A DNA stretch of 64,000 bases, from assembly GCA_963712275.1 (NCBI GenBank), contig CAVQHD010000001.1, positions 1 through 64,000 of the forward strand, written 5' to 3'. Position 1 is the stretch's first letter; each line of letters starts with the position of its first letter. This stretch comes from an uncultured Rhabdochlamydiaceae bacterium. GTDB taxonomy: Bacteria > Chlamydiota > Chlamydiia > Chlamydiales > Rhabdochlamydiaceae. Shown one piece after another: positions 39,508-48,414 of the stretch. The notes beneath the pieces are model-generated. The model made no database searches. It was not told the origin of the DNA and saw only the letters and a program-made list of their open reading frames with translations. The position numbers and the translations under genes are program-made.

Positions 39508-39978
39508 ATGAAACAACAATATTTACTGATCGAAGATGTAGAAGATGTCGGCCGAAGCGGTGAAGTGATTTCGGCAAAGCCCGGTTTTGCAAGGAACTTC
39601 CTGTTTCCCAAGCAGAAAGCAGTTTTAGCCAATCCGCATGCTCTTCGGATGCAGGCTCGTCTTCAAGAAACTCGTGCAAAGCAAGCCGATATCGACCGGA
39701 AAGAAGCAGAAGAACTCGCTGCAAAACTCCAAGGGCTTATTTTGACGACGACGGTCAAAGTCGATCCAGAAGGAACGATGTATGGATCTGTGGGTTCAAC
39801 AGAGGTTTTAGACCTTTTTGCCAAAGAAGGTTTCCAACTCGATCGCCGTAATATCGGACTGAATAAACCGATCAAAGAAATCGGCGTTCACTCTCTGAAT
39901 CTCAAGCTAAAAGAAGGGGTCACCTGCCAATATACTCTTCATATCTTGGGCGAGCAAGCAAACCCTCCCAAGGGTTAA
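39508..39978 (+). CDS. rplI: 50S ribosomal protein L9
   Basis: GRSGEV..AKPGFARNFL.P, MYGSV, PIKEIG. Confidence 0.97.
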   Translation: MKQQYLLIEDVEDVGRSGEVISAKPGFARNFLFPKQKAVLANPHALRMQARLQETRAKQADIDRKEAEELAAKLQGLILTTTVKVDPEGTMYGSVGSTEVLDLFAKEGFQLDRRNIGLNKPIKEIGVHSLNLKLKEGVTCQYTLHILGEQANPPKG

Positions 39979-39997
39979 AGCCTTTTAGGGCCCTTTA

Positions 39998-40972
39998 ATG
40001 ACCCAAAAAACCATCATTGTCACCGGAGCTGCAGGATTTATCGGCTCCGGCCTTGTTAGCAAGTTAAATGCCGAAGGGACAACTTCCAACCTTGTTTTAG
40101 TCGACACTATCAACCACCCAGCAAAACATAAAAACTTGCAAAACAAGCATTATCGCGAGCTTCTCCCAATTCAAGGATTGCACAAATGGCTTGAAGGACG
40201 CCAGGACGAGATTGAAGCGATCTTTCATCTAGGGGCATGCTCAGATACCCTGCAGCAAAATGAACAGTTCTTACGAGAAAATAACACCCTCTACACCCAA
40301 AAACTCGCCGAATACTGCCTTCGGCATAACATACGATTTATTTACGCCTCCTCTGCAGCCACCTATGGCGATGGCCAGCTCGGTTTTTCCGATGATCACG
40401 CCCTTCTAGAAAAGCTAAAACCCCTGAATCTGTACGGCCTATCTAAACATTGGTTTGATCTCTGGGCTTTGAAAGAAGGAGTTCTCGATCAAATCGTCGG
40501 CCTCAAATATTTTAATGTCTTTGGCCCGAATGAATCCCATAAAGGACACATGGCTTCCATGATTTTCAAAATGGTCCCCCTCATTCAAAAAAAAGGAGTC
40601 ATTCAACTTTTTCGATCGACAAAACAGGGTCTTAAAGATGGAGATCAATGCCGCGATTTCATCTACATTAAAGATGCTGTGGAGATAACCTATCAATTTT
40701 TACACCCTCGACAGGGAGGGATTTTCAACGTTGGAATGGGGCGCTCTACTACATGGAATGAGCTTGCGGCAGCTGTTTTTAAAGCCTTGAACAAACCCAC
40801 CTGTATCGAGTATATTGAAATGCCTAGGACCCTTGCTGATCAATACCAAAACTATACCTGTGCAGATATGAAAAAATATGAACAAGTTCAGCCTCTGCGG
40901 TTTGCTTATACCATTGAAACGGCTGCTGAAGATTATGTTCAACAACACCTCATCCCCAATCGACCATGGTAA
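39998..40972 (+). CDS. hldD: ADP-L-glycero-D-manno-heptose 6-epimerase
   Basis: IIVTGAAGFIGS, FHLGACSDT, YASSAATYG, PLNLYG.SK, YFNVFGPNE.HKG.MAS, YQNYTCAD. Confidence 0.95.
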   Translation: MTQKTIIVTGAAGFIGSGLVSKLNAEGTTSNLVLVDTINHPAKHKNLQNKHYRELLPIQGLHKWLEGRQDEIEAIFHLGACSDTLQQNEQFLRENNTLYTQKLAEYCLRHNIRFIYASSAATYGDGQLGFSDDHALLEKLKPLNLYGLSKHWFDLWALKEGVLDQIVGLKYFNVFGPNESHKGHMASMIFKMVPLIQKKGVIQLFRSTKQGLKDGDQCRDFIYIKDAVEITYQFLHPRQGGIFNVGMGRSTTWNELAAAVFKALNKPTCIEYIEMPRTLADQYQNYTCADMKKYEQVQPLRFAYTIETAAEDYVQQHLIPNRPW

Positions 40973-42294
40973 AACTCAGTCGCGTTTTTAGCCGCTTAAA
41001 CCCTGTCCGAGTCTGCGTCATCGGAGACTTCATGTATGATACCTATACAACAGGGAAAGTCCATCGCATTTCTCCAGAAGCTCCCGTTTTAGTCCTCAAT
41101 GTCCTCAAAGAGGAAGGGCGTCCTGGAGGGGCTGGCAACGTCGTGCTCAATCTAGTTTCTCTCGGTGCTCAGGTTGTTGCCGTTGGCCGTGTCGGATACG
41201 ATACTGCCGGAGAAAACATTATCAAATCGCTTGTTGCTGAGGGAGTTCACATCACTGGCATGATGACACAGCCAATGTACCAAACACCCGTTAAAAACCG
41301 ATTGATTGCCGACGCACAGCAAGTGCTCCGCGTCGACTTTGAAACAATCTCTTCAATCCCTGAGCAGTTGGAGCAGCAAGTCGTCGACAAGCTCCCTTCA
41401 CTCCTAGATGGAGTTGATATTATCGCCATCTCCGATTATGGAAAAGGGTTTTTATCCCACTCGCTTCTCATGGCTGTGATTGAAATGGCCAAAGCACGCA
41501 ATATCCCCGTGATTGTCGATCCCAAAGGAGACGATTTTAGCCGCTATCAAGGCGCTACAGTCCTCAAGCCTAACCTCAATGAAGCGCATGCTGCCGCCAA
41601 GCTCTCTCTTTCGACCCCTCTTGAACAAGTCGCCGAAACTCTCTTTAAGAAGGTCAGCACGGATCTTCTCATGATCACCCGCTCTGAAGCTGGCATCTCC
41701 CTTTTTTCCAGGGATGGACAGCGGCTCGATTTCCCTGTCCGTTCTAAAGAAGTCAAAGATGTCACGGGAGCTGGCGATACCGTCCTTGCCATGATTTGTG
41801 TAGCCCTCGGCAACAATCTAGAAATCTCCGACGCAGCTCAACTCGCCAATATCGCTGCAGGGATTGTAATTGAACAATTAGGATGTGTCCGGATTGCTCC
41901 TTCCGATCTTGCCAATCGACTCCTCGAGTTCGATGTCGACAATAAAGTCTTTGACGAAGACCATCTCTTTGCCCTGCAGCAAGCGCTTAAAAACAAACAT
42001 TATACGGTTCTCGGACTTCACAGCGCGCAAGGGATGACAACACCTCTTTTCCGCAGCATTCGCAAACTTGCAACACGAGATGCTGATTCGAAGCTCATTA
42101 TCTACGTTCGAGATTCCAACCCCGATGAAGAGTTTATCTCGCTCCTCTCCTCTCTTGCCGAAGTCGATTTCGTCGTTCTCAAGTGTGAAAGCTTAAAAAA
42201 CCTCTGCGAAATTATCCATCCCCAAGAAGTCTTTGTCATGGACCACCACACACTCACCCCCCTCGATCATTTTAAAGGACTGTTACTCAACTAA
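40966..42294 (+). CDS. hldE: HldE/RfaE heptose-7-phosphate kinase domain with divergent C-terminal domain
   Basis: RISPEAPV, PGGAGNV, ISDYGKG, VDPKG, KPN..E, DVTGAGDT; C-terminal HxGH motif not seen. Confidence 0.85.
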   Translation: MVKLSRVFSRLNPVRVCVIGDFMYDTYTTGKVHRISPEAPVLVLNVLKEEGRPGGAGNVVLNLVSLGAQVVAVGRVGYDTAGENIIKSLVAEGVHITGMMTQPMYQTPVKNRLIADAQQVLRVDFETISSIPEQLEQQVVDKLPSLLDGVDIIAISDYGKGFLSHSLLMAVIEMAKARNIPVIVDPKGDDFSRYQGATVLKPNLNEAHAAAKLSLSTPLEQVAETLFKKVSTDLLMITRSEAGISLFSRDGQRLDFPVRSKEVKDVTGAGDTVLAMICVALGNNLEISDAAQLANIAAGIVIEQLGCVRIAPSDLANRLLEFDVDNKVFDEDHLFALQQALKNKHYTVLGLHSAQGMTTPLFRSIRKLATRDADSKLIIYVRDSNPDEEFISLLSSLAEVDFVVLKCESLKNLCEIIHPQEVFVMDHHTLTPLDHFKGLLLN

Positions 42295-42296
42295 TT

Positions 42297-42716
42297 TTAG
42301 CCAAGGCTTAAGTTCATTTTTTTTAAAGTGCGGTGCACCGTACTTCTGGAAATCGAATCAATCACTTCCAACTGGACAAGCCTTTCGCTTAACAATCTCA
42401 AAGTCCATTCCTTGCGGCCCTCCGGAGGAGCCCCACAACATAAGGCAACCAAATGAGCTTCTTGATCTCCATCAAGTTTCCTTGGCTTGTATTGTCGATG
42501 TTTCTTACGATAGAGGGCTATTTCCAGCCTATCATTGGCGAAGCGTTCTCTGACCCGATGCACTGTCCGTTCGTGGATATTTAAGTTGGCTGCAATAACT
42601 TTTGCCTTTAAGCCTGGCCCCTCTTCGCCCGAATCTGCCTGCAATAATATTCGAGCATGGGTGATCGTTTTTGCTTTCTGCTGTCCTTTATGAACAACTT
42701 CAAGTAACTGCTTCAA
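42297..42716 (-). mobile_element. IS630-family transposase N-terminal (HTH) fragment; DDE part absent
   Basis: ARILLQAD, KLDG.QEA.LVAL.C..PPEGR..WTLRLL, S.STV.R.LKK; A8 slippery tract (42317-42324) followed in the shifted frame by NELKPW, then truncated at the hldE stop. Confidence 0.85.
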
Positions 42717-42779
42717 TACATGAGTCTTGTTTTGTTTATTTCTTTAAATCTGGGATAATTAGATCATGGAGGAATAACC

Positions 42780-43031
42780 ATGACTGCGAAAGAACATTTA
42801 TCACGCATGACCTTAGATCTTCCTGAAGAAGATCTCAAAAGGCTCAAAGCTTTAGCAGCTATTCTTGGCAAGAGCATGCGAGAGATCGTTTCTAACTGGA
42901 TCCACGAGCATCTCTATAGCGCCAATTTGCCGAACAAGAAAACCTTACAAGCTATCGAAAGTGTCGAAAAAGGCAAAGATCTAATCGAGGCTAAAGATGC
43001 CGATGATCTTTTTAGAAAGCTGGGTATTTAA
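42780..43031 (+). CDS. RHH antitoxin-like protein (DinJ/RelB-like C-terminus)
   Basis: RMTLDLPE...RLK..AA..GKSMRE RHH; PNKKTLQAIE...DLFRKLG; GGAGG RBS. Confidence 0.8.
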   Translation: MTAKEHLSRMTLDLPEEDLKRLKALAAILGKSMREIVSNWIHEHLYSANLPNKKTLQAIESVEKGKDLIEAKDADDLFRKLGI

Positions 43032-43075
43032 TGCTAAAACTCACCTATCTAAGATCCTTTAATTACTATTTATGA
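43031..43075 (+). pseudogene. Probable truncated YafQ/RelE toxin N-terminus (MLKLTYLRSFNYYL*)
   Basis: TAATG coupling with the antitoxin stop; ML...Y.R.F start typical of YafQ-like toxins; stops after 14 codons. Confidence 0.45.
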
Positions 43076-43704
43076 CCCCGCAAAAATTTATGCTCTATCC
43101 TGAGCAAAAACCTTGTTCAATCGACGAGCTTGAAAAGAAGCTTGCCTACCGCCACATTCCATTGATCGAGTTTGAAAGTGCAAAAGAGCGAAAAGCCGTG
43201 CGCTTAAAAGGGCTTCGGCAAGAAAAAAAGGGAGAGATTCTCTCTTCGGTAAGACAGCTTGGACAAAAATACTATCCTCAAATTCTCCGCTCCTACATCC
43301 CTGAGGTCTCCATTCGCTGGGTTCATGCGTCCGTTGGATACGGTCTTTTTGCAGAGCAGCCGATTATAAAACATCACTATGTCGGCGAATACACCGGTAT
43401 TATCAGAAAAAATGATCGAAGATATTTTGAGCCGCTCAACAACTATTGCTACGAATATCCGGTTGCTGATGAAATCGGAAGAAACTATGTCATCGACGCA
43501 ACAGCGGGGTGCCTTACCCGCTTTATCAACCACAGCTCCGATCCCAATTTAAAACCCCTTTATGCCTACTGGAAAGGGTATTTTCATCTGATTTTTCTAT
43601 CCCTTCGCAAAATCGTTAAAGGAGAGCAATTTTCGTACGATTATGGAGAAAATTATTGGTATCTCAGAAAAAAACCAGTGAGTCTAAAAGGGAACATGTA
43701 TTAA
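43072..43704 (+). CDS. SET-domain protein (putative lysine methyltransferase; chlamydial NUE-like)
   Basis: GYGLFA, GEYTG, IDA, RFINHS..PN, GEQ..YDYG..YW. Confidence 0.93.
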   Translation: MTPQKFMLYPEQKPCSIDELEKKLAYRHIPLIEFESAKERKAVRLKGLRQEKKGEILSSVRQLGQKYYPQILRSYIPEVSIRWVHASVGYGLFAEQPIIKHHYVGEYTGIIRKNDRRYFEPLNNYCYEYPVADEIGRNYVIDATAGCLTRFINHSSDPNLKPLYAYWKGYFHLIFLSLRKIVKGEQFSYDYGENYWYLRKKPVSLKGNMY

Positions 43705-43726
43705 ATTCTTTTCATGGGAAGGTGCC

Positions 43727-46693
43727 ATGTTAAATCTCGAGACTAAAGGCAAGCAGCTGCAAACTCTTTTGACGGATCTCCTAGAACTGCCCCTTGATCA
43801 TCAGTCGCCTGCTCTATCAAAATCTGCCCATGTAGAGGCAAGGATTGCCAAATTCAAACGACGATTCTACTCACGAATCGATGAACAAATCTTTGAAGAA
43901 GCGAAAGGGCTGCTTGCCCTTGCCGGACAAAAATTCACCCAGCAAAGATCGGCTCGCTTCCTCTCCCGCTTAATTCTCTCTCAGTACTTTATTCGCAAGG
44001 CTTTACTCAAAGCCATCACGGATGGTACAGGTTCCCGCTACGTTTTTCTTCGAATTTTATCTTCTCATCTGAGCTCCCCTTTTGCCTCAAAGAACGTCCT
44101 CGGAATCTTTATCGGCATCAATTTTTTACATAAATACGATGTCTTTACAGAAGAGCATCTGCTAAGAGCATTTCAAAAGCTTAAGCTCGACATTCAATGC
44201 ATCCCTGAAGGGCTCTATAGTTTTCAGCGTCAAGGAGAGCCTTTTAAATTTCTCTATGTGGAATTTGAGAAAAAGGGAAAAGAGCGCCTCTTGCTTGGTG
44301 AGATGAAGAAACTGCAGGAAAAGCTTAAAGAGGTCTTAGTGAATAGCGTTGAAAGACTTCAGCCCTCTGTCTTCATGGGAAATAACGCCGAGGAAATCAT
44401 TAAAAATATCTTGCTTCTCAGCAGGGAAATTCGGCTAGCTTCAGATCTTCCTCAAGCGATGATTCACTTTGATGAACAGACAGATAAAGAATTTTCCTTT
44501 CAGATCATTTTAGTCCATGTTTTTAAGTCTGAATTTTCACTTCAAAAATTGTTTGAAGAGCAAGGCGTAGCCTATTTGCTCAGGTGGTCTCAAATCGTCC
44601 GGTATCTGAGAAAAAAGCACCCCATTCAAGCCCATGCATTTAAGCTGCGCGTCGCCAAAACAGCTGAAATCGTGCGCTCAGACGGTTCGTTAAATTTTTA
44701 CGCAGCAAGGCATCAGATCACTGAGCTTCTAAAGCACGTGATAGGAGAATTTCGGGATTATAACGGAGGGCTCATCCTCAAGCAGGCGGAAACTTTAACT
44801 CAATTTAAACAACAATTTCATGAAATTCCTTCCGAGGTTCTTGAAAACTTCTTTTATGCATTAACACCGATTGAAGCCCAAGCCACTATTCCACTACACA
44901 GCTTGATCACACTTTTTCAGCTGTTCATTGAAGGGAAAAGAGAAAGCTTGCTGCGTCCTCAGGACTGTTTTGTGAAATTCTCCCACGAAGAGCATCAAAT
45001 CTATTGCATGTTTCAGGCTAAAGAAGCTGGACTTCTCGATTCTCTCAAAGCATGCCTGAAGGTCGACCCCTTGATCTCCATCCAATTGACTGAAGATAAT
45101 CGTATGTCGTTAGGATATCTTTTTGAATCTGAAAATGTTGAACTCGTCAGTATCTTCCAAGAAACCATCGATGCATGGAAACAAAAATTCGAAACTACAA
45201 AAACTCTACGGCTGGCCATTTCGTCAGGCTTTAACTCTTTAGATCCCCGTGTTCAAGGAGATGAAGGCAGAAAAGTGATTTTAAAGATGTTATTCGAAGG
45301 GCTTATGCGCATCGACTCGGCAGGCCAAGTCTCTCTTGGAGTCGCAAAAAACGTCAAGATCTCTAAAGATAGAAAAAAATACACCTTTAAACTCCGTTCT
45401 ACCCTCTGGTCGAATGGAACAGAGGTATCAGCAGACGATTTTGTCTATGCTTGGAAAACAGCTCTTTCCCCTCACTTTATGGCGCCTTCCGCCTATCTTT
45501 TCTATCCCATCAAACATGCCCACGAGATCAAAGAAGGCCGTTTGCCTTTAAGCATGCTAGGCGTCCGTGCTGTCGATGCAAAGACGCTGGAAATCGAACT
45601 GGAGTCCCCAATTCCTTATTTCCTAGAGCTGCTCGCTCAGCCTCAATTTTCTCCTGTACACTCAACCATCGATCAAACTCAACCAACCTGGCCTCATCAG
45701 GAAGGAGAAGGGTATGTTTGCAATGGAGCCTTTTTCCTCAAGAAAAACGATGTTTCCCAAGGGTATGAGCTTATCAAGAATCCGTCCTATCACGACGCTG
45801 CAAATATCCGTTTAGACAGAGTCTCGATTAAAAATACGCAGATCGGCGAGATCCGAGAGATGTTTCTAAGAGATGAAATCGACTGGCTGGGATTTCCTGC
45901 GGGAATGATGGATCTTCCTTTTTTACCTATCGACCAGGGAGAAATCATTGTTTTACCGAATGATTCTATCTATTCATACACTTTTAACACCCGCTCTTTT
46001 CCCTTTAACCACTGTAAACTCAGACAGGCTCTTGCCTTAAGTATTCGCCGCGCACGCATTTTGCAGGCACTGCCGCCCGGTCATTGGCCTGCTTTTACGA
46101 TTCTTCCTTTTCAACATTCAAGAGGGCCTTGGATGGAAGAGAGCCAGCAAAAAGGGATTGCTCTATTTAAAGAAGCCATGCAGGAACTGAATCTCAATCT
46201 ACCCTCATTTCCTCCTCTAAAACTTCTGCATGCTGAAGGGCAAACTCGAGATAAGATCGCTCAAATTCTCAAACAGGAATGGGAAGAGACATTTGGCATC
46301 CGGTGCTATATCGAAGCCTACAGCTGGAAAGAAATCTTCCGTCGACTCACGGAAGGAAATTTTCAGCTTTGTGGAATGAACTGGATCAGCCTCGTAGACG
46401 ATCCAAGCTATACCCTCCAGGTCTTTCACCACACGAGTCGATTCTATAACTTTCCAGGATGGTGCAATCAAACGTACGAAGAAATTTTGAATCGAGCAAA
46501 CGAGCAAAAACAGCCTTTAAAAAGGCTTGAGCAATATGCCTTAGCAGAAGAGATCTTTCTGCAAGAGGTCCCTGTCCTTCCTCTTATTCGTACGCTGCCT
46601 TACTCGATTAAGAAAAGTCGAGTTGACATGCTCAGTCACAGCTCGATGAGGAGTTGGGATTTTAAATGGGCATCTATTCGTAACAAGGAGTAA
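43727..46693 (+). CDS. OppA-like peptide-binding (SBP family 5) domain fused to a ~490-aa N-terminal cytoplasmic-type region
   Basis: SLDPR, LFEGL, YTFKLR...WSNG..V.A.DF.YAW, NGAF in the C-terminal half; no signal peptide or lipobox. Confidence 0.85.
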   Translation: MLNLETKGKQLQTLLTDLLELPLDHQSPALSKSAHVEARIAKFKRRFYSRIDEQIFEEAKGLLALAGQKFTQQRSARFLSRLILSQYFIRKALLKAITDGTGSRYVFLRILSSHLSSPFASKNVLGIFIGINFLHKYDVFTEEHLLRAFQKLKLDIQCIPEGLYSFQRQGEPFKFLYVEFEKKGKERLLLGEMKKLQEKLKEVLVNSVERLQPSVFMGNNAEEIIKNILLLSREIRLASDLPQAMIHFDEQTDKEFSFQIILVHVFKSEFSLQKLFEEQGVAYLLRWSQIVRYLRKKHPIQAHAFKLRVAKTAEIVRSDGSLNFYAARHQITELLKHVIGEFRDYNGGLILKQAETLTQFKQQFHEIPSEVLENFFYALTPIEAQATIPLHSLITLFQLFIEGKRESLLRPQDCFVKFSHEEHQIYCMFQAKEAGLLDSLKACLKVDPLISIQLTEDNRMSLGYLFESENVELVSIFQETIDAWKQKFETTKTLRLAISSGFNSLDPRVQGDEGRKVILKMLFEGLMRIDSAGQVSLGVAKNVKISKDRKKYTFKLRSTLWSNGTEVSADDFVYAWKTALSPHFMAPSAYLFYPIKHAHEIKEGRLPLSMLGVRAVDAKTLEIELESPIPYFLELLAQPQFSPVHSTIDQTQPTWPHQEGEGYVCNGAFFLKKNDVSQGYELIKNPSYHDAANIRLDRVSIKNTQIGEIREMFLRDEIDWLGFPAGMMDLPFLPIDQGEIIVLPNDSIYSYTFNTRSFPFNHCKLRQALALSIRRARILQALPPGHWPAFTILPFQHSRGPWMEESQQKGIALFKEAMQELNLNLPSFPPLKLLHAEGQTRDKIAQILKQEWEETFGIRCYIEAYSWKEIFRRLTEGNFQLCGMNWISLVDDPSYTLQVFHHTSRFYNFPGWCNQTYEEILNRANEQKQPLKRLEQYALAEEIFLQEVPVLPLIRTLPYSIKKSRVDMLSHSSMRSWDFKWASIRNKE

Positions 46694-46696
46694 CAA

Positions 46697-47065
46697 ATGT
46701 TATCTATTAAAACGAGTGATAATTTTCAAGAAATGATCAAAAAAGAGCAAGAAATTTTTGCTCACCCTGCGTGGCATGGAGAGATGATCGGGCTTGACTG
46801 TGAAAATCTTCTGAGAGGAAAGCCTACCTTCTCCTATTTACTACGCTCTGGAGAGGTCCGGTTCCACTACTATCTTTCCTACGTAGTAGAAAGCCCTTTT
46901 CAATATAAGCATCAGCCGTTCATGGTGTCTTTGGAAGAGTCCAGATTAGGCTGGGGCTATCGCAACCTCCATAATTGGTGGGCTTCTAAGTTGGAGGATC
47001 TCATTCCTCTGATCTTGCACCAACCTAAGGAACAATGCCTTCCCATTCTAAAGACCAACACTTAG
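46697..47065 (+). CDS. Stand-alone SH2-like domain protein
   Basis: AAGGAG RBS; HPAWHG....DCENLL....FSYLLRSGE...YYLSYV.....KHQPF...LEDLI matches the SH2 WxHG / ExLL / FLxR / LS / H pattern. Confidence 0.75.
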   Translation: MLSIKTSDNFQEMIKKEQEIFAHPAWHGEMIGLDCENLLRGKPTFSYLLRSGEVRFHYYLSYVVESPFQYKHQPFMVSLEESRLGWGYRNLHNWWASKLEDLIPLILHQPKEQCLPILKTNT

Positions 47066-48414
47066 ACCAGGGAATTTGGAAAGAGCTTTCATCTCTCTTT
47101 TTCCCAATTATTATAGGGCTGCTTGCTGGAAGCGTCGTTGGTCTTTTTGAACGCATTTGGCTAGCGCAGCACTCTATTGACAGCTGGAAAGGAGGGATGC
47201 AAGCTGTCTGCGCCCTTCAATTTTTTCAGATGTCATGCGTTGTATTTGCAAATATGACTCAAATCTTTGTCGGACAGCATCTAGGATTGAATGAGCCCGA
47301 AAAAGTGGGAAATCGGGTTTGGCAAATGATTTGGGTCTCTTTACTGCTTATGTTACTCATCTTCCCACTTAGCCTGATGATCGACCCTCTCATGTTCAAA
47401 GGAACAGAGCAAAGAAAGATTGCAAACGGATATTTTAAGATTTTGATTTCCGGAAACATTCTATTTCCTTTAGGGGCAGTCCTCTCCTCCTTTTTTCTTG
47501 CTCAAGACAAACGGTGGATCATTGTGTGGAGTGTATTAGGAGCATCTGGAATCAACATTCTCTTAAACTCCATCCTCATCTCTGGATTTCCTCCGATCTG
47601 CCCTCCTTTAGGCGCCATCGGCGCCGCTTGGAGCAGTCTCGTTTCTAAATTTGTCTTTTGCCTGATTCTCTTTTCAGGATTTCTCAGCCGCTTGAATCAA
47701 GCCCAGTATCATACATGGAAGTGGCAAGTTACATTGTCCTCTCTGTGGGAATGTTTCCGCATTTGTACGCCGCGAGCTACAGGCCGGGCTTTTAATCTTT
47801 TGGTGTGGACTGCGATTACCTCCGTGATGACGACAAAAGGAGGACATTATCTTTCGGTCTTTTCTATTGGAGCAACCTTAGCTCTCTTCAGCACTTTTCT
47901 CTCTGAAAGTTTGATTCAGTCGCTGAGCATCGTTATTTCACGCTATTTAGCATCCAAAGAATATTCAAAGCTGTGGAAACGGTGGCGTTTAGGAGTTTTC
48001 TTCGCCCTTTTCGTTGCTGCTGTTTTAGCGATCCCCTTTCTGGTCTTCCCTAAAGCCACTCTTTCTCTCTTTTTTTCTGAAATACCCCCTCACATTGAAA
48101 GTCTTCTTCAATTAACTCTTTGTTGGATATGGTGTTGGGTCCTTTTGAATGGCTTAAATGCCCCTTTTTTTGCACTCCTTTTAGCCGCCAAAGATACCTT
48201 CTACTACATGGTGCTTATGTCTTTGACCTGGGTAACGTCTTTCCTACCGATTTACTACGGATTTCACCATTTACAGTGGGAGCCCCATGCCTTTTGGCTT
48301 GTTTTAGTGATCGACCACGCGATCATCCTTTCCCTCAATACCTGGCGCGTTTATTCCTTGCGTAACACCTTTTTAGGAGTGACAAATCCAAACTCGGCAC
48401 GGAATGTGAGGTAA
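47035..48414 (+). CDS. MATE family efflux transporter
   Basis: ~12 TM; VGQHLG, NI.LN..LI.G..P..PLG..GAAW motifs. Confidence 0.85.
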   Translation: MPSHSKDQHLDQGIWKELSSLFFPIIIGLLAGSVVGLFERIWLAQHSIDSWKGGMQAVCALQFFQMSCVVFANMTQIFVGQHLGLNEPEKVGNRVWQMIWVSLLLMLLIFPLSLMIDPLMFKGTEQRKIANGYFKILISGNILFPLGAVLSSFFLAQDKRWIIVWSVLGASGINILLNSILISGFPPICPPLGAIGAAWSSLVSKFVFCLILFSGFLSRLNQAQYHTWKWQVTLSSLWECFRICTPRATGRAFNLLVWTAITSVMTTKGGHYLSVFSIGATLALFSTFLSESLIQSLSIVISRYLASKEYSKLWKRWRLGVFFALFVAAVLAIPFLVFPKATLSLFFSEIPPHIESLLQLTLCWIWCWVLLNGLNAPFFALLLAAKDTFYYMVLMSLTWVTSFLPIYYGFHHLQWEPHAFWLVLVIDHAIILSLNTWRVYSLRNTFLGVTNPNSARNVR

